Shown here in pieces: positions 10,971-24,276 of a stretch of 64,000 nt of DNA. Positions within the stretch are counted from its first letter, which is position 1. Each line of letters begins with the position of its first letter. The position numbers were made by a program, and so were the translations under genes. Source of the stretch: Toensbergia leucococca (lineage: Eukaryota); contig JALDZS010000023.1 of assembly GCA_022813965.1 (NCBI GenBank), forward strand, positions 124,001-188,000, given 5' to 3'. A model generated the notes under the pieces. That model saw nothing but the letters and a program-made list of their open reading frames with translations, searched no databases and had not been told where the DNA came from.

Positions 10971-12248
10971 CTATAGAGATGGCTCCATTTTGACCAACCT
11001 GTCATGTAGTCTTTGCCGAATGTCTGTACTGCTGATTTTGCCTTGGAAATCTTGATTTACTTGTGCCGGATTATTGTCGTGATTTTTATGAGCACCGAGC
11101 ACGTCAACCTCGAATATCTCCAAAGCTGACCAGCCCTTCGCTACACGTTCATCGTTGACTGCTTTGCCCCCTGTCCTCGTCTCGCCAGACAGGACCAATG
11201 CCGATATTGATTCGTCTGTAATAGTTGGTCCACATGGATCGAAAATCTCTACATATTTGACAACCAACCCAGACTTGAGTTCATCGTGGATCACCCTTGC
11301 CTGTGGCTTTGAACCTCCGGCTTTTCGAGTGCTTTTGGTGATGTATTGTGAAGATTCGAAGTCCAGAATAGCCAACATGAATTGCCTTACGGCCACTTGC
11401 CTCTCATCCCAATCCTGCAATTCTTCAATATATTTCTTATTCTTCAGAAGAACGTCCCCTGTGATTCCAATGGTAATGCTTCGTTCGCGCGGAACTCCAT
11501 CTCTGAGATCCGATTCAAGTATAAGTGCAGTTGAACTCAGCAGGAGCTTATGCCCAGCGTGGAGATGATCAAACGTTCCACCGACGGCGACACTATGGTG
11601 ACATGAATCAACGCGCTCTGGTATAGTGTCCAGTGACTTGACTGATTCCGGAGAAATATCTTCTGGACCACCTTTGACTCTTTGAACAACAAGATTCTGC
11701 CATGCTTTATGTGAAGATGCATTCCTAATCTTCAGGAACTGGTCGAGCAAGGCTTCTCCAACAGAGCTCTCGACTGAACAAAGGCTGACCCAGGGTCTTT
11801 GACACAGAGCCAACGTTCTCATGTCGACTATTGGACCTTGCAATAGATGAAGGTCAACTTTAGACGCGTTGTCATTGTCAACATCGCCACTAGTATCATC
11901 ACTTAGAAAGAATATTCGAGCATTGACATCATTGCCGTATTGTACATCAATATCTTCATCGGTACAAACGAGACAAATAAGCCTATACAAAAGGCCTAAC
12001 AGATTTTGGAGACCAATGTAGCGGGAAGTATTTGATTTCACCATGCGAGAAGACAAACCGGGACTAGATATGGCGATGTCCAGCTTCGCAATGACACGAG
12101 CGTTGGAGAAGCGAGAAATCTTGCGCAAGACGTCGCACAGAGCTGGGCCGTATGCAGCCCGCAAAGTTTGTAAAGAGATTGTGGATGGAGGACTCGGGAG
12201 GATGCATAGCCAAAGTGGCGCATGTCTATCAGCGTCAACCATAGTCAT
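10971..12248 (-). CDS. CAB4: Phosphopantetheine adenylyltransferase (cytidylyltransferase family)
   Basis: VAVGGTFDHLHAGHKLLL (HxGH), DPCGPTITD, LVLSGET..GG.AVN and KISSTDIR motifs. Confidence 0.85.
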   Translation of the reverse strand: MTMVDADRHAPLWLCILPSPPSTISLQTLRAAYGPALCDVLRKISRFSNARVIAKLDIAISSPGLSSRMVKSNTSRYIGLQNLLGLLYRLICLVCTDEDIDVQYGNDVNARIFFLSDDTSGDVDNDNASKVDLHLLQGPIVDMRTLALCQRPWVSLCSVESSVGEALLDQFLKIRNASSHKAWQNLVVQRVKGGPEDISPESVKSLDTIPERVDSCHHSVAVGGTFDHLHAGHKLLLSSTALILESDLRDGVPRERSITIGITGDVLLKNKKYIEELQDWDERQVAVRQFMLAILDFESSQYITKSTRKAGGSKPQARVIHDELKSGLVVKYVEIFDPCGPTITDESISALVLSGETRTGGKAVNDERVAKGWSALEIFEVDVLGAHKNHDNNPAQVNQDFQGKISSTDIRQRLHDRLVKMEPSL

Positions 12249-12496
12249 AGACGACTCGATCGTGGTCAATCAAAATCATCACCATCAAATTCATGTACGT
12301 GAAAGGTACAGAGTACTCGTACGTCTGAGGTGTCAATGGGTGAGCGCTGATTGAAGACCCCCGCGCCTATTCTGTAACTGCGCTAAGAATCTACACTAGA
12401 ATAAGCACCACCTCTCACCTTAATCCGGACTGAGTGAAAAACAACTCCCTAGAAACTCGACCTCCTATCTGGCTGGCTGGCCTGCCCGAATGGGAC

Positions 12497-14780
12497 ATGC
12501 CTCTCCATGGGCAACACCATTCGTCCTCTCCTTCCCCTCAATACGATGACCCTACGAGCCAGCCTGGCACCGCCAGCGGAACCTATCAAGCAGCGCAGAC
12601 AGTAGATTCCATAGGCGCATCGGGAAATGAGTCTACATATCCTTCGAGCGGGAAGGTGGTAGATTTTGGCAGTGGAGTGCAGACAGCTCCGCCAATCGCT
12701 TCGGGTTTGCCTGGACCAGACCCATCTGCACTCGCCTCAAACTCAACACATCTCTTTGAAACTCCCCGGCGGGCGCAGACGATCAATCGACAATCCGAAG
12801 AGTTGCATATACCGCCAGCCGGCTCTGCGATGAGTGGACAGCAATCAAGAGATCCTTCCCAGCATTACTCGTATCACTCGTCACAGGATATAACAGGAAG
12901 GGGGCCGGGCATCAGCGTTCATCAAGCGACCCCTCAAGGATCGCAGCACCCTGCCTCTTCATCGGGGATGTCGTTACCTGGCCCTCTACAATCCGGGAGA
13001 CCTGGACCCTCTTCAGCAAATACTGCACCTTCGACCATTCCAACGCTACCTCAAACCTTGACCCACCCTCACCGATACTCAAGTCCTTCGCGCTCATCCA
13101 TTTCCAACCATTCCCATAACTACTCTCGTTCTAGCCCTGTTGGTCTTGATCAACACAAATATATTCCATTTGTCAATACCCCAGAAAACTCCAAGTTCGT
13201 ATCGCCAACAAGTCAAAAACACATATCTCAAACGCCACTTAGTGGTGCATCATATTCACCACTAGGGCTTGCAGATATCAGACCTCGTGCTGACTCTGGG
13301 CTATCGGATGGCCCTCTGAGCGCGAACCCTTATACCAACGAGGGGCTACCTACAAATAGTAATTACTTAGCTCCTTGGGCGGTATACGCTTTTGACTGGT
13401 GCAAATGGCCCGTGCAGCAGCAATCAGGAGACGCAGCTGGTAAGATGGCTATAGGTAGCTACGTTGAAGACGGACATAACTTTGTAAGTACGGAATTTGC
13501 AATAGTGCACTCGAGGCAAACCACCGGCTTGTATAACAGACTAACTACGTAAGCCAGATTCAAATTATTGATACTCATGTCATACCAGAACCGGATCCTG
13601 ATATGTTCCCCGAAGCACCACAATACAGTCTGGAATTTGTTAAGACAGCCGAAGCCACACATTCATACCCAGTCACACGTATCCTTTGGGAGCCTGCGTC
13701 ATCACAAAAGCAATCTACAGACCTGTTAGCTACTTCGGGCGATCACTTACGATTATGGTCTCTACCTTCACAATCACCTTACACCCCGGGAAATTCAATC
13801 AACCGTTCGTCGAACAGCAATCAACTAGCGCCACAGAAGCTTACACCATTAGCTCTTCTCTCAAATTCCAAATCTCCTGAGCATACTGCACCCCTTACAT
13901 CTTTGGATTGGAATACCTTGTCTCCAAGCCTCATCATCACTTCTAGCATTGACACGACTTGTACTATATGGGACATACCAACTCTTACTGCAAAGACACA
14001 ATTGATAGCACACGACAAGGAAGTTTTCGATGTTAGGTTCTGCGCGAATAGCGTTGATGTTTTCGTGAGCTGTGGCGCTGATGGTAGCGTACGAATGTTC
14101 GACCTTAGGAGCCTGGAGCACAGTACAATCATCTACGAGCCCTCTGAGAAGAACGATAAATGTAATCATCACAAATCCGTCCTTTTTGTGAAATTTTAGA
14201 TTAATGTGGTACCTACATAGCTTCCAGCCCAGGAAACATGAGCCCGACAACGGCGCAGCAAACCATGTCGTATGCTCCTCCTCTACTACGATTAGCCGGT
14301 AAGTTCATAGACTATCTTAAACCCTATAAGTATTTGGCCCCGAGACTTACTTCCCTAGCTTCACCGCATGATGCCCACTTGCTTGCGACCTTTTCGCAAG
14401 ATTCAAACACGATTCGGGTCCTGGACGTTCGGCAACCTGGCCAGGCGCTACTGGAGCTGCAAGGTCACGCGGCATCAATCAATTGTATCGAATGGTCTCC
14501 ATCGCGGCGAGGTACTCTAGCGTCTGGTGGCGATGACTCTCTAGTACTCATCTGGGATCTCATTAATCAAGGAAATTCTGCTATCGTTTCTGGCACAAAC
14601 GGAAGTCAACAAGCTCAAGCCGCTTCTACTCCAAACAATGCACAAGGCCCTGCTGCGAGCTGGCAGTGTGATTATGAAGTGGGTAATATCAGCTGGGCAC
14701 CTCAGAGTTGCTTGACAAGTCGGGGTAGTGACTGGTTAGGGGTGAGCGGAGGCAAGGGTGTGTGGGGTGTGAGTCTATAA
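12497..14780 (+). CDS. DCAF7/HAN11 (YPL247C-like) WD40 protein; introns 13484-13557, 14162-14220, 14299-14358
   Basis: WAVYAFDW, DLLATSGDHLRLW, APLTSLDWN, TQLIAHDKEVFDV and FDLRSLEHSTIIYE motifs. Start codon uncertain. Confidence 0.9.
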
Positions 14781-15226
14781 TGAGCCTTTTTCTGGATCGA
14801 AGATTCTTTCCCTGCATTGTTGTGAGGCCTCGAATCATTGTGATAGCGAGGCGCCTGGCGTTGGGTAAAGAGAATGGTGTTCGTCGACGAACATTACCAG
14901 CTGGGTATGAGGGCATGCAGGGCAAAATGTAAAATTCCATATGATTCCTGTGTCAATATTACAAGTATAAAATGTCTTCGGAAGAATAGGTACGATGTAA
15001 GATCTTGTCGGCTTTCAATGATAGGTACCTTCCTACTCAATAGCTATCACAAAGTTTGCGCATGACGACGTCACTAGAAGTAGGACGGAGGACTCAACTT
15101 CTAGGCAACTGCACATTTTTATCATTATCGAATGGTATTCCACTAGTCTCGTCAAGATGTAGAGATTGACAGGTGATCCTTGGTCTGAAAATAGAGTGTT
15201 GATCCTCGCACTGGCTGTCTAAACTG

Positions 15227-16669
15227 ATGATGTCTTTTAGCTTCGTCATGCACCGTCTCTCCAACAGCAGCGACGGTCCACTACTGCCTCTGTATTCGCC
15301 TCACCGCCCAGACACGTCGCCTTCTCATGTACGGTCATCTATTTCGCTGTATCATCAACCTCTAAGTATGGCTTCCCAATACAACTCAAGAGATCGCCGA
15401 GATTCCTTCGTGGCCCTTTCCCGCCAAGAAGGCCACCTGCAGCGGAATCTTCAATCCCTCATCGACGCTCAGAGCGACGGCCTTCTCGCCGGTCTCGGTA
15501 GAGCTTCCGATCTAGATGACACGTCGTCGCCCGGCAGCCGAACACCCACGTCGGGCTCGAAAACTGGGGGAATTCAGAAACCGCAAAGTAATACTCCAGT
15601 ACGCCAGCCTGTAGCAAGGAAAATAGGGCTTCGAGGAGCAAGGAGAGGCATTTCACGTGCTATTCGTGATTTAGCGGTTGTGAAACATCGGGAGGGAAAG
15701 CTACTTGAGGCGGAGCTAGAGGAAAGGGAAGAGGCATCTACGGCGGCGGAGGGGCTCAAAAGTAGAAGGGAAGGCTTGGAGGGCAAAATCGAAGGCATCC
15801 GAGGTGAAGGTGCGAGTCTGAAGGTGAAAGAATATAGAGAGGAGGAGAGTGTTTTGGATGGAGAGATTACAGAGCTGGAGACTAGATTATGGGAGATGAA
15901 AGCCCGGCAGCGACGTTTGCTGGCTGAGATTGAGGGCTTGGATAACAGTGTACAGAGTAAGCTAAGCTCTTACAACGAGGCTCTGATCTTGGTCGAGAAG
16001 CAGACAAAAGATTTCCTGGCCAGGCCACCCATAGCAAGCCCTACATATAGCAACGGGGAAGGAGGCTTTTGGGAACTACCTGTTCACAGAAGAACGCTTG
16101 AAATAGCGAGCGAACAGTGGCTGGACGAACAGCAGAAGCTACGCTCGCGTTCTGCAGATATTAGGAACGAAAAAGATGCCTTGGAGGATGGTCTACTAGT
16201 ATGGGACGATGTTATCAATACCATCACAGTCATCGAGAACCTACTCCAAGAGCAGATCCACCAAACTCCTCCATCCTCCCCCACCGGCAAAGGCCCCTTA
16301 ATGAGGGACATTTTGCATCACATGAACTGGGCCATCCCACGTCTTGAAAGCAAACTGCATATCGCCGAAACCCGCGGCTGGAAACTACTAGTCTGCTGTA
16401 TCGGTGCGGAGCTCGGAGCCTTTGTCGAGGGTCGTGACGTACTTGCTGCAACTCTTGGCGTCTCTTCGGGTGCAGGTGGAGGCGATAGAGCCGGCAGTCC
16501 CTTTTCGGGCGACGGAGATGGACACCATGATGCTAGGGCGAGTCAGAACGGCAATGAGCTGGTTGATTTCAGCCGATCGGATGCTCGGACTCAGGGTTTG
16601 GTAGATAGGTCTGAGGATGACGACGATGAGCCCGGCCCTGAGCTGCTGGTGTCGCATCAGGACGAATAA
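15227..16669 (+). CDS. ATG28: Atg28-like coiled-coil autophagy protein
   Basis: LQSLIDAQSDGLLAGL, KIGLRGARRGI, long coiled coil and GWKLLVCCIGAEL resemble recalled Pezizomycotina Atg28. Confidence 0.65.
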   Translation: MMSFSFVMHRLSNSSDGPLLPLYSPHRPDTSPSHVRSSISLYHQPLSMASQYNSRDRRDSFVALSRQEGHLQRNLQSLIDAQSDGLLAGLGRASDLDDTSSPGSRTPTSGSKTGGIQKPQSNTPVRQPVARKIGLRGARRGISRAIRDLAVVKHREGKLLEAELEEREEASTAAEGLKSRREGLEGKIEGIRGEGASLKVKEYREEESVLDGEITELETRLWEMKARQRRLLAEIEGLDNSVQSKLSSYNEALILVEKQTKDFLARPPIASPTYSNGEGGFWELPVHRRTLEIASEQWLDEQQKLRSRSADIRNEKDALEDGLLVWDDVINTITVIENLLQEQIHQTPPSSPTGKGPLMRDILHHMNWAIPRLESKLHIAETRGWKLLVCCIGAELGAFVEGRDVLAATLGVSSGAGGGDRAGSPFSGDGDGHHDARASQNGNELVDFSRSDARTQGLVDRSEDDDDEPGPELLVSHQDE

Positions 16670-17075
16670 GGGGTGGTGTGTATATCGCTGCGTGTCGCAG
16701 TGATTCATTGTGGGATTCGTTGCGGGAGGTTATTCGATTCGTCGGTACTTTAGCAACGTTATCCTGTACGGCATCTTTCTCATACCCTCCAACGACTTCT
16801 CGTCCAGAATGGGGAAAGCTTTCCGGGAAACTATCTGGAGGAATGGGATATCTTAGAAAGACATTCCATATGCTCCTCTCAGCTTTGATCTACAAAACAT
16901 CAAGTTGCCACGCCCAACTCGGCATCATTATCAATCAAAGATACCATAACAAAAGATAGGAGCTGAGGAATGAAACCTAAAACAAACGAGAAAAAGATTA
17001 TGGATGATGGACAGCCCCTGAAACTGGTTAGTCTTGAGACTAGGTACCTGTCAACTTCTAGGCACCTTTTAATAC

Positions 17076-17964
17076 CTATCGATCTGGCAGTTCTCTCGCG
17101 CCAACAGAGTCGCCATGCACTTCGTTAATACTTTGAAAAGGTTGTACTGCCTCCACATGCTTTTGATATCCCACCTCCTCATATCCATTCGATATCGCAG
17201 CTGGAGGGACCGTTTTTCGTCTTGATTCCCTCCAGAACGGAAAGGCACAAACCCTACGGCCGCTATCCCTAGTGGAGCTCCTACGCCAGCACCAATTGCC
17301 ACTGATGTACTCGAATTTGCTGCTGGAGTGGGTGCTGCCGTTGATTTTGCAGTTGCGGTAGAAGAACTGGCAAAGCTGCTCATGGACGAGGTCGTTGTTA
17401 GGCGGATTTCCGCAATTTCCATAGAAGAGGCGCTTGTCCAGCTGAAGAATTCTTCAGTGCCCGGCGCACATGGAGTTGTTGTACTTTCATTGCCACACCA
17501 CCATTCATTGCCGCTCGAAGAACATATCCACAAGTTCGCTGGACCGCCAGAATGTGCTGCAGCCAATGGTCCGTCAGCAAGGCGGAAGGTCCGTCAATAC
17601 TCTTTTATGCTAAGGCTTCATGGTCCACGCATCGAACATACCGTTGGTGCATATGCTCGGGCAAGCATTCGAGTTCCAATCCTGGACGGTGCAGGCGCCG
17701 CGATATAGCTGGAAATCAGTCGCCGTATTCGGACAGAGTTTCAATCTCCCAACTTACTGTTCCAAAAGTTCCGCCGAAGCAGAGTCCGTTGGATAGACAG
17801 ACTTCCCCTTCTACACAGCAGAAACTATCACCTGTGTGGCATGGGAGGTACTGGCCCTGTGCAGACGACGTTGTTGACATGTCAGGCCAGTAGCAGGCCC
17901 GTTGTGCCTGGGCCATGCATGAGATAGACAGCCAAGCAAGATAGAGGCGAAGGAGTTGAGGCAT
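17076..17964 (-). pseudogene. Cys-rich type I membrane protein (signal, Cys domain, Ser/Thr stalk, TM), frameshifted in the TM; introns 17757-17709, 17641-17557
   Basis: CYWPD..PC..DSFCC..GEVCLSNGLC|LYRGACT..C..C, then AIGAGVGAPLGIAAVGF; the natural continuation AFPFWRESRRK..ARELPDR* lies in a shifted frame. Confidence 0.6.
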
Positions 17965-18813
17965 TCAGACGTGAGCTGATCTCACGACAGTGATAATATT
18001 ATGAAAGATAGATATGAAAATGGACTTGTACTAGTTGTGGACGTTACTACTGATTTCCACAAATTGTGGTTCCGGTTCCCCTTTGCCGCATGCTCCTTAC
18101 GTGTCTCAGAAAACCAAGTTTCAATTCTCCTGAGGCTTCCGTGACGGGAACAAGAAGACGTGGCGTTTGGTTTCCAACAATGAAGACCTCGCCAAACATG
18201 TGAGGGCTTGAACGAGTAAGCAGACATTAAGGTAATCCTTTGAGGTAATCCTCGAATGGCTCCGACAACAGGGGCTGCACTCAGATCTCGAATGGGGGAT
18301 TCTGATAAGGTGAACAACACGTGTAGGTATGAGTGACGACATCTTAATTACAGAATCTTTGATTGAGGCTCGTGTAAGATGCTCGGTGGGTTGTAATGGG
18401 GTCAGCTGTTTGCCCATCAATATTGAATATCGAGCCTACGATTAGGTATTGTCAACCATGGACTAGTGGTTCAGGTAAACTTGAAGCCTCAAACCCTAGG
18501 AGGCTGAGGCATTCATTGTCAAATCCAGCTCCGACATAAGTTGCTGCATAATGTCTAGGTATTTATTAAGATGTGAAGTTGAAAATTGCAGCAGGCCTGT
18601 GACAGTGTATTGACTTTATATTACTGTCGGAAAAGGTTTAAATATTCACAGCATGTACAGTAAGCATTTCTACAATATTATAAGAGTCAAGAGCACATAC
18701 AGATCCCCATTTCGAAGCCATAAATTTGTCTGAAGATAGTTCAATCAGCCTTCCATCTACTCTACTCGTATCTATTTTGGATCGCCTGCCTCACTGGCTG
18801 CCCTCGCAACAAT

Positions 18814-20100
18814 ATGCTACCCCCACCAACCTTTACATTCACCATCCCCTCGATATATGACGATACACTTTTGCATTGCCGCATCCATACTCCTCACATT
18901 CTCTTTCATGAAACGCCATGGACCAAAAAGGGTGCCATCTTCGCTCATCCTTACCCTCCTCTCGGTGGCTGCTACGACGACCCTGTTGTCCAGGCTGCAG
19001 TTGCCGAGTTATTAACATCCGGTTTCGTAGTCGGTACCTTTAATTTTCGGTATGGAAGGAAGGTAGCCTCAACTCCTATTCAACGTGTCGGCTGATTGTC
19101 ATCAAGTGGAGTTGCTTCTTCCAAAAGTAAAACCAGCTGGACTGGCAGGCCTGAGGTTTTGGACTTTATCTCCTTTGCTGGATTCTTCACTCATTACCTC
19201 GATGGCCTGAAAGCACCTGCTCATACATCAAATTTAATTCCGTCGCCCCTAAAATTAGGGTCCCTAGGATCGCGCAGTGATTTGGACATGACTTGCTCGT
19301 CCCGCATGTCTTTAATTTTAGGGGGCTATTCGTATGGCTCGCTGATAGCTACTCGATTGCCTGCAACGGAAACTATTCTAAATCGCTTTGCTAATGTCAT
19401 CAACGGTACTGCAGAAGCTGAGATAAGGCTTCGAGCCCTTCATTTATCTAGGCAATGGAACAAAGACGTTCAAGTGCGAAATGAAGTGCAAAGGACCCGT
19501 AGTCTGAGACCTCTGAACGCATCTACGAGCTCCTCTCATTCGATTGCTATAGCTATTGGTGGGGACGAGTGTGAACCAGGAAGCCAAAGGTCTAGCCGGG
19601 AGTCTCGGAGAAGTGTAGACGCGATCAGAACAAGCATGGAGCGCTCCAGAAGAATATTTAAGCTGCGAAAACATAGCGGTGAGCTTGTAGAAGGGCATCT
19701 ACCTACCGAAGAAAGTTTAGGCACCTCTGAGATAGAGCTCCCTCGCACATACTACCTCTTGATCTCTCCTTTGCTACCGCCGATCTCCCTGTTTGCAACG
19801 ATGTTCTCGAAATTTTCATACACTGAACATGAAATCCAAGCTTCATCACAGAGTTCGCAGGCAAGATCGCCTACAAAAGCAGATGGTAAATTGGTAAGTC
19901 ATCAAACAATGGCCATCTACGGAGACAGGGACTTCTTCACACCGCAGAAGAAATTACGAAAATGGGCCGAGCAATTGGCTGGCCGTTCCAACTCGTGTTT
20001 CCAATTTCGAGAAGTTGCTAAAGCTGGTCACTTCTGGCACGAAGAAGGGGCAGAGGCACAAATGAGAGGTTGTGTGAGGGACTGGCTGCAGGGCATATAA
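18814..20100 (+). CDS. Alpha/beta hydrolase; intron 19050-19106
   Basis: FAHPYPPLGGCYDD, TFNFR|G, nucleophile elbow GGYSYGS, YGDRDFF and AGHFW. Confidence 0.88.
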
Positions 20101-20962
20101 AGAGAACTTGGCGTTTAGGATGGTATTGGGAGGTGGCATACGACGATTCTAGTGATACCCATATTCGTGATATTATGATGAGTTCGATGATGTTATATAC
20201 TTCCGTAACCGGTGGATGGGAAGCCTTCATTGGTATCCGACTGACGAAAGGATTGGCCTGCAAAAAATGTGCCACATCCTGTCGGCTCAAGGTGAAGTGC
20301 CTCAAGTTGTGGGTTGCAATCAGCTATGGTGCTTTTGCTGTATGTTGATAATTGTTCGTATTGATGCTGTATTGGTAGTCGAGGACGTGCTTTCAATTTT
20401 CACAAGCCAAATTCAATGCGACGCTGGAGAATATTTTTCAACAACATAGATGTAAGATGTCAGGCGATCGACTTAATAAGCCCGTAGAGAAGTCTTGTTG
20501 AGATTGCATCATTGATAAGGCATGCTTGCTCGGCCTGGCGTAATCTTGAACAAAAGATGTCGTTCTCTTTGTGTCCCAGAGTGGGGTACCGCCGTAGGCA
20601 CTATCGAGTACTCGTATTTCCGGAGAGTGCGGAAACAATCTCACATGACATTTCTGATCCTGTTCCGAAAGATTGTGCCGGTGCGAATTCGATGACCCTC
20701 GGACCCTGCATATGTAGCCATAAATGCGTCATCTTCGACCAGTCAATTGATAGTCTCGTGTCATACTCCTGCTAAGGCGAGGTAACATCTCAATATCACG
20801 AGAACTTATTTTGCAAACTTGTTGAGAGCAACAAAGGCCAGGCTTGCTTTCAGATATAGGCACTAGGTATCCTCGCCTCGCTACAACTATCATTCAAACT
20901 CAACTTGAACGTCATTCACCAACCTATCTGTTGTTCTTTTTCTTTTTCTTTTGTATAGAGCA

Positions 20963-23561
20963 ATGACCTTCCTACAGAATACCACTCTGCTCCCGAGTAC
21001 GAGTCACGCTGGCTTTTTAGCCCCAAGCCGGAAGCAGGAAGACGCACCCAAGGCCTTTCAATCATCACTTTCTATTGCATCTCTCGTCGGATTCGTTCGC
21101 AGTCCAGTGAATATCATCAGAGATGTTGTTGAGAGTCGGTACGATGCACATGGCTCAACCTTGGAAGAATGTGCAAGGAAGCAATCGCAGGACGACCAAA
21201 AGCAGATACTACACCTGAAACTTGCCGAGGTAAGCTGAATCTCCGAGGCTTTGCCTTGGGACCATATCTGACTTGTTGTCCGTAGGCAACAAGTTACGAG
21301 GCATGGCAAGCTATAGCGACCGAGCTCGATGAGATCGAAGGGAATAGTGTCTGGAAGTCCACATTTGAGTCACCAGAATACGATGCTGCCCTTGTACAAG
21401 CTCGGCTGAAGCAGCTCGACGAAGCCCGTATTAGCTGTGATGTCGGAAGGATGATCTTTCTCATTCGAACTGCGCTGACTAGAGGCTTGGGAGATATGGG
21501 CAACATCAAACTATACAGGCACTCATACACCGGCACCAAGGATCTAATTGAACGATACAATACGTCTGCCTTGGAAACATTGGATGCCTTGCTTGATATC
21601 TCGGCCAAAGCGAAGTGCGATGCCATTGAGACCAAACACATTCTCGACCAGGTTCTGTCAACAAGGCAAGCATTTGGTAGGAGCGCACTGCTCCTCTCCG
21701 GTGGAGGTGCGTTCGGGATGAACCATACAGGAGTGATCAAGGCACTGTGGCATGCACGCCTATTACCTCGAATAATATCCGGTGCTTCGGCAGGAAGCAT
21801 CGTGGCTGCTACCATGGCCACGCGGACAGAGGAAGAGTTGCCAATATATCTCGAGGAATGTTCCTACGGAGACCTCGCCGTGTTCGGCCCCCCGGAAGCA
21901 GATGAAGGGATACTTCGAAAGGTGACTAGGTTGCTCAAGTACGGAAATTTGTTCGACATCTGCCATCTCTCGAAGGTGATGAGAGACCTCATGGGCGACA
22001 TGACCTTTCAGGAATGTTATAACCGAACGAGAAAGATTTTGAATATATGTGTGTCGACTGCCAGTGTCTATGAGCTCCCACGACTGTTGAACTACATCAC
22101 TGCACCCAACGTGTTGATCTGGTCCGCAGTGTGAGTGTACATTCTCCGGCTCTCTTCATTATCAGCTAATATTATCTCAGTGCTGCATCTTGCTCAGTGC
22201 CACTCATTTTCTCTGCTGCAACATTGCTAGCCAAGGATCCAAAAACTGGTGAGAATGTTCCCTGGAATCCCTCACCAAAGCAATGGATTGACGGATCCAT
22301 CGAGACGGACCTTCCAATGACCCGACTGTCAGAGATGTTCAATGTCAATCATTTCATCGTCTCGCAAGTTAACCCGCATGTAATTCCCTTTGTGAACAGA
22401 GGACAAGATTCCGTAAACTTAGAGCCGGCGTCATTCGACTCCTCGCCATCTTTCGGATCGGGATGGCTCCCAAGTCTAACGACTTTGGCTAAAGAAGAGG
22501 CCTTGCATCGTATGCAATTTCTGGCAGAGATGGGTGTCTTCCCTAACACGTTGACAAAAGTGGTTTCCATTCTTAGTCAGAAATACACCGGGGACATTAC
22601 CATTTTTCCCGAGATTGAAATTATCAAATTCCCACGCTTGCTCTCAAACCCAAGCCCCCAATTCATGGTCGAAGCTATCCAGCTTGGGGAGAGAGCTACT
22701 TGGCCTAAATTAAGTAGGATAAAGAACCATTGCGCAATTGAACTGGCACTGGATGATGCGGTGCATAAGCTCAGGGCAAGGGTAGTCTTCAGCCCGAGTC
22801 AAATCGACCTAAGACTGCGCTCGCACACCCGATCGCACAACGAACTTCGCAAGGGTTCAAAAAGTAAAGGCAAGGGCGGCAAACGTCCATCGTCACTAAA
22901 CGAAAGCAAACGGCCATCGTCACTAAACGACACCTCGCACTCCGCAACAACCAAGTTCCCAACAGGCCGCAGAGCCACCCAACCTGTCAAAGCACCAGTA
23001 ATCACTAACACCGTCGGCCCCGCTCCCGAAAATCCCCCATCTCCCCGAACCGCGCCTCCGCACTTTTCCAACCCACTTTACGACATCGTCTCCTCGGGCG
23101 CTGAAACCTCCGGGGTCTCCACCTCCGCCTCCTCAGCTGACGAATCGTCCTCCCCCCCAGAATCACCCTCCTCCCCTACCTCTACCTCCCATTGGCAAAT
23201 CCCTCCTCGACCAGACCTGCCCCAATACTCCACCGCATCCCCGCTCCACGCCTCCATAAGCAACTTCCTCGCCCATCAAGCCCCAACTTCGCACTCCAAC
23301 CAATCTTCCCGTACTCTTGCCCCCCGCAAAGCAAGCCTTTCCACCGCTTCCGCAAAATCCCAATGCATGATGGCCAAAGTCACCCCACCGAGCCCGCCCG
23401 AAGGCAAGTTCAAACGACTATTTCAGCATCGGTCATCACGCCGGCAGAGCGAGACCAGCGATTCTTTGCCTAGTGGACAGAATGCCGCGCCGTCGAAGAA
23501 GGTGCTGGGATTGGGCATTGAGGAGGAGGAGCAGGATGTTGGGTGGGAGAGGGGGGAGTAA
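20963..23561 (+). CDS. TGL4: Patatin-domain triacylglycerol lipase (Tgl4/Tgl5 family); introns 21230-21285, 22131-22180
   Basis: GRSALLLSGGG, GASAG nucleophile, WIDGS and FNVNHFIVSQVNPH motifs. Confidence 0.85.
22881..22930 (+). repeat. 27-bp tandem duplication in the lipase tail (KRPSSLNES/KRPSSLND)
   Basis: AAACGTCCATCGTCACTAAACGA..AAACGGCCATCGTCACTAAACGA seen directly. Confidence 0.85.
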
Positions 23562-24276
23562 AGGGGATACTTGAACGATGGATTACTTGGGGTTGTGGTT
23601 ATTCACTCAATCTGTTGTCTCAGTTTGTGGGGCGGGCCGAGCTGGGGAAGAAAGCTTGGGGTAAAAATCAACGGGTGAGAGGTTTTGATAAATTTTGCGC
23701 TGAGAAGGACGCGAAAACCTTTGAGCATACGCAGGAATTATGGATACCCCCTTTTATCAATAGTCGGTTGCACTTTTCTTTACCCAAGGTAGATTTAGCA
23801 TTGTTCGCTTCCCTTCTAGATTAGAGTACCTTCCTAGCTTGGTTTCGGAAAAAAGCATAGCATTAGCATCAATGATACCCCCCCTTTCTCCATCGGGAAA
23901 TTCAGTCTCAAATGATGGTTTCCCCAAGCCTCAACATGGTCGCGTCAACGATAGGTATTCACTGGTAATACGGTAAAGCAAAGGGTGGGCACATCACCGC
24001 TAGTTCAGTTTGCCCATCGATTCAAGATGGCTAGCTACATGGCAACCTACCAAATTCACCTCCCACCTCGGGTTCGTGTCTAAAATTACAGAGAAGCTCT
24101 CTGAACATCCCCCTCTGATCACAGACCTAACACCTCAACTCCCCATCCTCAAACCCCACGCTTCCCTTTTCCCCCTGTCTCTCTCGCACACCAAAAAAAA
24201 GGAAGTTAAAACACCATAGTGCACCCACCCCCAACCAATGCAAATCGCTCTCCGAGCCACATGCCCAGCAAAAAAA

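Noticed and set aside
20100..20800. Short ORFs between the hydrolase and the lipase
   Set aside because: Stops in all frames and nothing recognisable.
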